Shown here: piece by piece, positions 1 to 5,576 of the stretch
How positions within the stretch are numbered: position 1 is the first letter of the stretch
Layout of the letters: every line of letters begins with the position of its first letter
Source: Rotaria sp.
Taxonomy: Eukaryota
Reading direction: 5' to 3'
Assembly: GCA_905331525.1 (NCBI GenBank)
Contig: CAJNZF010000223.1
Coordinates: 82,970 to 88,545, forward strand
Length of the DNA: 5,576 nucleotides
Made by a program: the position numbers and the translations under genes
Notes under the pieces: generated by a model
What the model was told of the DNA's origin: nothing
The model's input: only the letters and a program-made list of their open reading frames with translations
Database searches by the model: none

Positions 1-349
1 AAACTTTTAATTTAGAAAAAGTAAATCGAAAATGCTGTAAGAAAACATATTGATGAGGAAACGCCAAAAAAAACTATATTCTCAAAAATTAAATTCTGAA
101 ATTAAAAGATTTCAAAACTCAATTATCTATGTGTTTTAAGACGTGATGTTTAATTAATGACTAGTTTGACATTGATTTACTTTCGTAATAAATTGAACTT
201 TTCACTCATGTTCATTCATCTTTACTCGGAATTAATCAATAAAACTTTTTTTTAACGATTTCTCAAATCAGAACTATAACAGATCTGGTCAAGTTCTATT
301 CTTTAGAAGAGTTCATTGGAATAACAAATATATATATATATAGGTTTAC
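1..349 (-). other. 5' part of intron 4 (acceptor not identified in window)
   Basis: GTAAAC donor at 349 directly after GPLQ; no sequence resembling TRPC 'ISLGRM...' or S5 was seen in complement 1..349. Confidence 0.6.
328..342 (+). repeat. (AT)n run in intron 4, just downstream of its donor
   Basis: 'atatatatatatata' read directly. Confidence 0.8.
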
Positions 350-684
350 TTGTAATGGTCCAACAAATCCAATAATTGGTAATAGGAAACAAATTCGACA
401 AATACTAGCAACATTTCCCATAGCAAAAAAAGCTTCAGCTAAATTTTGTGAATCTCCACTATTCCAATAAAATCGATCAGCATTAAGCCAATAAAGAATA
501 TGATACGTTTTAGTAATAAGGTGTTCTCTTTCACTATTCAATGTTTCATTATAATGAATAATAGCATTCCAATAAGCTGATGAATGAAATGTAATCATTG
601 ACGTACGAGTTAAAATCATAGTTGAATAAAGAAATATAAAATATAGTATATAAAGAATATTCATTAAACAATCAACATAATTAC
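350..684 (-). CDS. TRPC: TRPC exon D: S3 to S4, ending at GPLQ
   Basis: ORF 296..694. Acceptor 'TGCATCTAG|GTAATTATG' (AG at 686-685); donor 'CCATTACAA|GTAAAC' at 349. The C-terminal 'GPLQ' is where TRPCs continue with 'ISLGRM'. The remainder of the ORF ('VNLYIYIFVIPMNSSKE') is intron read-through. Confidence 0.9.
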
Positions 685-3600
685 CTAGATGCATAATTTA
701 TTTTTTTAATATATCAAATTCAATATGTTTAACTTTTTTTATTTTATTAAACTTACTATGTGATGTTAGATAAACTCGTATACCTGAACCAAATATTTGT
801 TTAATTTCTTGCCAAACAAAACCAATAACCCAAATAAAAATAGCTATTTGAAATGGATTTGGTTCCATAAAACGAAGACTAATATTACAATTAATAAGAG
901 AATGTGTATTATTATTATCATTATTATTTTTATTTGTATCTAGATTATTTAAATCATTTCTTAATTGAATATTTTCATAAATATGTTTAATATATAATTC
1001 ATAAATTGTTAAATTATAATCCGAAAGATATTTTGTTTTTTGTAAATGTGATATAGAAAAATAACTCGATGCTACAATAAGACTAATAAACGTAAGATAA
1101 GAAACAATATATGCTTTTAATTTTAAATTTGGTTGATGACACTTAAAAGACAAAAAAAAAAACGAAACAATCATCTTTCGATAATCTATTAAAATAATAT
1201 GAAAAAAATAAGAAATATATTTATCATTTATATAATACATACTAGTGAACCAATTTTTGATTTAGGAAAAAAATAATAAGCCAATAATAAAAATGGTAAA
1301 CAAATAATAAAAGCAAGATAAAATAATACACGTTTTGTAAGATGAGCATTTTTAATTGCTGATAAATTTTCATACCATTTTTCCATTAATTTTTGTTGAC
1401 AATTTGAATGTGATACAAATGCTTTTTCTTGATAAAGTATAGCTAAATCAAATCGAGCTAAATTTTCATATTTTTCTTCATTTGGTCGGCCAGTTTTATT
1501 TAAAACAATTTCAAGTTCTTCATGTCCACGAACATTATCAAGTAATCGTGTAACAAATATTGATAATTGATTAGATAATTTTTCATAATCTTCACGAAAA
1601 TAATGTTCAACTTTAGCAAGTGTTCGTAATTCATGACTTAATTCAAATGCTTGTAATATTGGATCAGGATATGTTAAAGATATATAAACTTCAGATGAAA
1701 GACCTTTATATGCAGATAAACGAACTTGAGCTTGACGAAATGAATCATAAGCTGAACTATCAGCACAATCAACACATGGACACATACTTGCATGTGGTTT
1801 TTTTATACGTTCACCTTTCGATAATAATTGATGAACGATTTGTAAACGATTATATTGAGCAGCAAGAATAAGTGGAGCTAAAAAAAAAAGCAAAAAATTA
1901 AACTCGATAAGAGATTCATTTTTTTGGTTCCGGTGAATGTACTGACTAGAAAACTACCCCAACTGAAATCTGTTGTTTGAGCTTATATTTGATTTAAAAA
2001 AAGATCACAATAAGACTAGAAAAATCCTAAGAGAGCTTGTACCTATAGATCTCTAGAGACGGATTCTGACCGTTTTACTAAACTTTCGATCCAGTTTTTA
2101 GGTGTAAATCGAAAAATCAAGTAAGACAATTTCAGCCTAAAATTTTACCCATAAATAGGTCTGATAATATCCTGAAAGTTTCAGTAGAAAAGAATCTCGA
2201 TAAAGCAATATTCTTTTCGGCTGAAACTTTCAGAATATTATCAGATCTATTTATGGGTAAATTTTTATCAGTTCGGATGATTCTTTCGTCAGTCATCATA
2301 GTACCTTTTTCGATATCCTATTACCAGTATGTCACAAAATTTTGGTTGAGTACTTTACAGGAATTTTTCTTAGTACATGGCTACTGACCAGGTGCTCGCC
2401 CAGATACCTGTGCAGTTTCTATACCCTTCCATGATAAAAATTTCAACAAGTTAATGAATTAACCATTTAGAAATGATTTGTAGTCAAGTACCCTAAGTTC
2501 AATACATTCACTATGGTAACTAATACCTCTCCAAAAATATAGTGGCCGTGGATATTTTTGAAATAACTCAAGAACGGAAAGAGCTAGAGAGTTGCGATTT
2601 TCATCAATTGAAAGAGGGAAAGTCGGAACGTCTTCTTTTCCAATAAAGTATAAGACGAAAACCTTTTAAAACTAAACATTTTCGAAAAACATACAAAGGA
2701 ATGTATGAAAATGCCTTTCCATCTAGATGAAATTTTGATTTTCATCTTTGATTTAGATAGAGGAACTTGAGATCCCTAGTTGAAGATGCAATACGCTTTC
2801 TTACTTTTCATTACATTTTCGTCAAAATGTTATGCTATTATGACAAGAAGTCGAAAACTCGGTAAAAAAAACCAGCAAAATTCCCACTTGTTTGTGCATG
2901 TAAATACATGATTCGATTTGCTCAACATTAGAATGTAAGAAGAGAACCATTTGCATTGTATCTTCAACTAGAGATCTCAAGTCCCTCTATCTGAATCAAA
3001 GGTCAAAATCAAAAATTCATCTAGATGGAAGATCATTTTCATACATTCTTTTGTATATTTTTCGAAAATGTTTATTTCTAAAAGGATTTCGTCTTATACT
3101 TTATTGAAGAAGAACACGTTTCGACTTCCCCTCTTTCAATTGATGAAAATCGTAACTCTCTAGCTCTTTCCGTTCTTGAGTTATTTCAAAAATACTCACG
3201 GTCACTATATTTTTGGACAGGCATTAGTAAAACTTTCGTATGAATTCTAATGGAAAAACTTACTAATATCAGAACTGAATTGTGAATCATCATAAGCTTG
3301 TGGATGCGTTGGATCAAGAAAGCCACCACAAAATGTTCGATAGGTTGGATGATTCATAATAAAATCAGCTATATTTGTATGACCCAAATAAATTGCTAAA
3401 AGAAGTGCATCACGAAACTTTTCATAAGGAATTTTATCAAGTAAAACTTTAACAACTTCAAAATGTTCATTTTCAATAGCTAATTGTAATGCACTTTTAC
3501 CCATTTTATTTGATACATCAGCTTCGACTTCATTGTCCACTAAAATTCGATGTACAAGCATATAATCTCCATGTGCACAAGCAAATAGAAATAAATCAGT

Positions 3601-3693
3601 TGTATCTTCAAATGTTTTATTATAATATGTACGACTAACAGAAGAAGATACAGATTCTCGATGTGAATGATTCAAAATATTATGATGACCCAT
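350..3693 (-). CDS. TRPC: TRPC-family cation channel, partial (N-terminus to end of S4 / start of S4-S5 linker); join of complement 3264..3693, 1243..1877, 757..1141, 350..684; 3' end outside window
   Basis: The spliced product contains TRPC hallmarks in the right order: 'FLFACAHGDYMLVHRIL...MGKSALQLAIENEHFEVVKVLL' (ankyrin), 'DITPLILAAQYNRLQIVHQLLSKGERIKKPHASMCPCVDC', 'YDSFRQAQVRLSAYKGLSSEVYISLTYPDPILQAFELSHELRTLAKVE', 'FVSHSNCQQKLMEKWYENL', 'WVIGFVWQEIKQIF' and 'DSQNLAEAFFAMGNVASICRICFLLP...GPLQ'. All junctions are GT-AG with compatible phases (430+635+385+335 = 1785 nt = 595 codons). Confidence 0.93.
685..756 (-). other. Intron 3, 72 nt, phase 1, GTAAGT...ATCTAG
   Basis: The two flanking ORFs are in the same frame but separated by an in-frame TAA (700..698); removing 72 nt gives 'YLTSHSNYVDCLMNILYI' in place of TRPC 'YLFELWNMLDFGMLAIF'. 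Confidence 0.85.
757..1141 (-). CDS. TRPC: TRPC exon C: post-S1, Asn-rich extracellular loop, S2 and following loop
   Basis: ORF 698..1240. Acceptor 'TTTTTTGTCTTTTAAG|TGTCATCAA' (AG at 1143-1142), phase 0; donor 'CACATA|GTAAGT' at 756. 'GSL|CHQPNLKLKAYIVSYLTF' aligns without gaps to TRPC '[21 protein letters not shown]'. Confidence 0.88.
1142..1242 (-). other. Intron 2, 101 nt, phase 0, GTATGT...TTTTAAG
   Basis: Consensus donor and pyrimidine-rich acceptor; removal gives a gap-free TRPC alignment. Confidence 0.85.
1243..1877 (-). CDS. TRPC: TRPC exon B: last ankyrin repeat, zinc-binding HxxxCxCxxC, linker helices, pre-S1/S1
   Basis: ORF 1228..1893. Polypyrimidine acceptor 'CTTTTTTTTTAG|CTCCACTT' at 1878; donor 'TCACTA|GTATGT' at 1242 after 'FPKSKIGSL'. 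The ORF-track start of this ORF is a non-ATG codon inside the intron, so it is not a real start. Confidence 0.93.
2139..2268. repeat. Second inverted repeat: 58-nt arms (2139..2196 / 2211..2268), 14-nt loop
   Basis: 'taaaattttacccataaataggtctgataatatcctgaaagtttcagtagaaaagaat' versus the reverse complement of the right arm 'taaaaatttacccataaatagatctgataatattctgaaagtttcagccgaaaagaat': 5 mismatches in 58, no gaps. Confidence 0.9.
2519..2792 (+). repeat. Left inverted arm of intronic foldback element
   Basis: Direct comparison with the reverse complement of 2955..3228. Confidence 0.9.
2955..3228 (-). repeat. Right inverted arm of intronic foldback element
   Basis: Direct comparison with 2519..2792. 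Confidence 0.9.
3264..3693 (-). CDS. TRPC: TRPC exon A: short N-terminus plus N-terminal ankyrin repeats
   Basis: ORF 3247..3732. ATG at 3693..3691 (an in-frame upstream ATG at 3732 is an alternative). Donor 'GATATTA|GTAAGT' after 3264, phase 1; joining to exon B gives D-I-T-P-L-I-L-A-A, the conserved TRPC 'DITPI(I/M)LAA' motif. Confidence 0.88.
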
Positions 3694-3720
3694 ATGAATT
3701 GTTTTTTTTTTGTATCTAGA
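3691..3720 (-). promoter_or_regulatory. Possible 3' splice acceptor (cis 5'UTR intron or SL trans-splice site) just upstream of the start codon
   Basis: On the minus strand 'GATCTATTTTTCTAG|ATACAAAAAAAAAACAATTCATATG': AG at 3717-3716, 22 nt before the ATG at 3693. The site itself is weakly supported. Confidence 0.3.
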
Positions 3721-4208
3721 AAAATAGATCATAACAGAAAAACTATTTGAAAATACTTATCAATGTAAATTCATTATTGACATAAATATCACTATTCATC
3801 TTTAAATGAGACCATTTAAAAGCTGATTACTTTCCAAAAAAAGTCGAATGTACGCCGCTTATGATCTCTGGTAGTACTATGAAATAAGCTGATAATAGAA
3901 AAAGAACGATACTGCATAAAAAAAGAAAACTAGTAAAAATAGAGAAACAGATGATGTTTTGTTAGTTTTTATTGTACTTCATATTTTATTTTTGCCAACA
4001 ATCTGCTCAATAGTTATTTCTTTTTTTTTCCTTGGCGATAAAATTCCTGTACTTTTTTTTGTTCTTAACAACAATAAAATCTTCTCCTTGCATAGTTGTT
4101 TTATCTTACCAATTTAATCAAGTTTTTGAAAGAAATTAACTCGGCAACAAAAAAAAACGCATTGCTTCATCAAATAAATGTTTTTACCTGTCAAATAGTT
4201 TCTTTCTT

Positions 4209-4225
4209 TCTCTCTCTCTCTCTCT
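4209..4225 (+). repeat. (TC)n microsatellite within a pyrimidine-rich tract
   Basis: 'tctctctctctctctct' preceded by tctttctt. Confidence 0.8.
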
Positions 4226-5576
4226 TTTGTCGAAAGAAAACAGATCAATATAATAACCAGGAGCATTTTTATATATCTGGAAATACTATATTAACTCTCG
4301 TTTTTTTTTCTTCTTTTCTTCAAGTATCGGTACTTTCTTTTTTCTTTCTTTTTTTTTCCACTATCATGATATAGAACCAACCTACGTTGTTTGAACGCGT
4401 GCTTTCATACTAAAAAAAGATAGCAACAGAAGTTGTGCAGAGATAGTCGAGATCAAATATATATTATACTTTTATACACTACCTGTAATGAAAAAGAAAA
4501 AAAAATGTCATGACAAGTCATTAATCTTTTTCTCTTTTGCTTTTTTTTATTTTATTTTATTAACATCACTTACTCTTACAAATGTTGATTAAATTCAAAG
4601 ACAATTGTTGACATAGGTTGATTCAATATTCAATTGACTTTTTTTTTTTTCGAAGTACGACATCAAGTGATATGGTGATAGATGTAAAAGCACTTTTTTT
4701 AGATAGAATTAAAATAATTGTAGATATATATCATTCATTAGTAGCTCTATTTATGGAAATAAATAGAATATGAAGTGGCAGGTAGGCATTTTTGCTAAAA
4801 CAACCAACGTACTTAGATGAAAAATCCAGAATTTCGTGCTTGTTCAAGGAAAAAAACAGGTCTTTTTGATTTCTTTTTCATTTGTAAATATTTATTAGTT
4901 GATTCTGAGTCGGTAATTTTGCATAAAGAAAGCAAGCGGATTTTGTCAGAGCTGACTAGAAGAAAAATTCTAGCAATTGATAGAACTTGTACACAGTGTT
5001 TCATGTTGGAAAATGCCTGGGTGACTTCGGATTGTCTCCTGCAGAAAAACACAAGAAGTTGACAGGAAGGTACCTGAAAAATCCGTAGAATTTTCGACTA
5101 TAAATATTCTGTCTGACATCCATCGATTTTGAATTATTTTCTAATGGAGCCATTCTGCTAATTTACACTTGGAACGAGTCACTTGAAGATTCACAGCTTT
5201 TTAATAGAATTTTACATTAGATAAAGAAAGAAAATATAGAAACTAAGTAGAAAAAGGCATAGCCAATAAAAAAAGTATTTGCCACTTTTAGTTTGTCTAA
5301 TTACTCTTCTTAGTCGCTCAGATGATAGCGATGTTGTCCCATTCATTGGCAGTTAACTGACTTTCTATTTGTGCATAAATGTTTGTTTTTCATCGATTTT
5401 GACTTTGAAACACGATGATATTGTTGTAGATGTCATTGAATCCAATACACGTACACAGTGAAAATCAATACCTACCGTATTGTTGACTGGATCAATGACT
5501 AAGTCATGTTCGTCATCATTTTTTTTTGATCATCTTGATTGATAGTGTCTTTAAGACTCGATTCATCAGATTTAGT

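Larger units (their letters stand above)
2519..3228. mobile_element. MITE/foldback-like non-autonomous element, ~710 bp, with 274-nt terminal inverted arms
   Basis: 2519..2792 ('actaatacctctccaaaaatatagtgg...gttgaagatgcaat') matches the reverse complement of 2955..3228 ('actaatgcctgtccaaaaatatagtga...gttgaagatacaat') without gaps and ~26 mismatches by hand count (~90% identity). The spacer is 2793..2954 (162 nt). There is no long ORF. A possible 4-bp duplication GTAA occurs at 2516..2519 and 3227..3230. Confidence 0.8.
1878..3263 (-). other. Intron 1, 1386 nt, phase 1, GT-AG; contains two inverted-repeat structures
   Basis: Donor GTAAGT at 3263..3258 and acceptor T9-AG ending at 1878. Splicing restores conserved TRPC sequence across the junction. 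Confidence 0.9.

Noticed and set aside
1-349. Possible next TRPC exon (S5) in complement 1..349, for example after 'TTTTAATTTCAG' or 'TTTTCTTACAG'
   Set aside because: Acceptor-like sites exist, but the translations following them do not resemble TRPC 'ISLGRM...' or S5. The next true exon is probably outside the window.
685-756. In-frame stop between two same-frame ORFs as evidence of a pseudogene
   Set aside because: The interval has good GTAAGT donor and CTAG acceptor sites, and removing it restores the expected TRPC length and alignment, so an intron is the simpler explanation.
698-1240. Start of the 180-aa ORF at 1240 and end at the TAA at 698 as genuine protein termini
   Set aside because: Both ends lie in introns. 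The homologous part begins at 1141 and ends at 757, with consensus splice sites and matching phases.
1620-1871. + strand ORF of 83 aa ('MFVIHDLIQMLVILDQDMLKIYKL...')
   Set aside because: It lies entirely antisense to the strongly supported TRPC exon B, so it is a shadow of the conserved coding strand. It has no recognisable protein features.
2050-2059. Short perfect palindrome TCTCTAGAGA
   Set aside because: Ten base pairs is within chance expectation for a window this size, and nothing nearby supports a function.
2519-3228. CRISPR-like or tandem repeat interpretation of the repeated sequence
   Set aside because: The two copies are in inverted orientation and 274 nt long with a single spacer. 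There are no regularly spaced direct repeats.
4096-4374. + strand ORF of 92 aa rich in Phe/Leu/Ser
   Set aside because: Its composition derives from poly-T, TTC and TC tracts ('FFSLSLSLFCRKK', 'LSFFFLFFS'); it is most likely a low-complexity open frame rather than a membrane protein.
4988-5460. Repeated 'GTACACAGTG' near 4989 and 5451
   Set aside because: Only about 10 nt are shared and the flanks do not extend the match, so it is probably coincidental.

Overview
The window is AT-rich metazoan nuclear DNA carrying the 5' half of a TRPC-type (transient receptor potential, canonical) cation channel gene on the minus strand. Four exons can be assembled from the six-frame ORFs with clean GT-AG junctions and matching phases: 3693..3264, 1877..1243, 1141..757 and 684..350. 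Together they give 1785 nt (595 codons), covering ankyrin repeats, the TRPC linker with its His/Cys zinc motif, S1 to S4 and the GPLQ segment. The pore, TRP helix and C-terminus must lie beyond position 1. Two of the introns are tiny (101 and 72 nt). The first is 1386 nt and contains two independent fold-back structures: a 58/58-nt hairpin, and a ~710-bp MITE/foldback-like element with 274-nt inverted arms that are ~90% identical. No element ORF was found. The region upstream of the gene (3733..5576) is AT/pyrimidine-rich with no confidently identifiable gene. I see no prokaryotic-style system, CRISPR array or obvious RNA gene. The most interesting item is the large dsRNA-forming element inside a transcribed channel-gene intron. 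Percent identities were counted by hand, and protein comparisons were made from memory of vertebrate TRPC family sequences.
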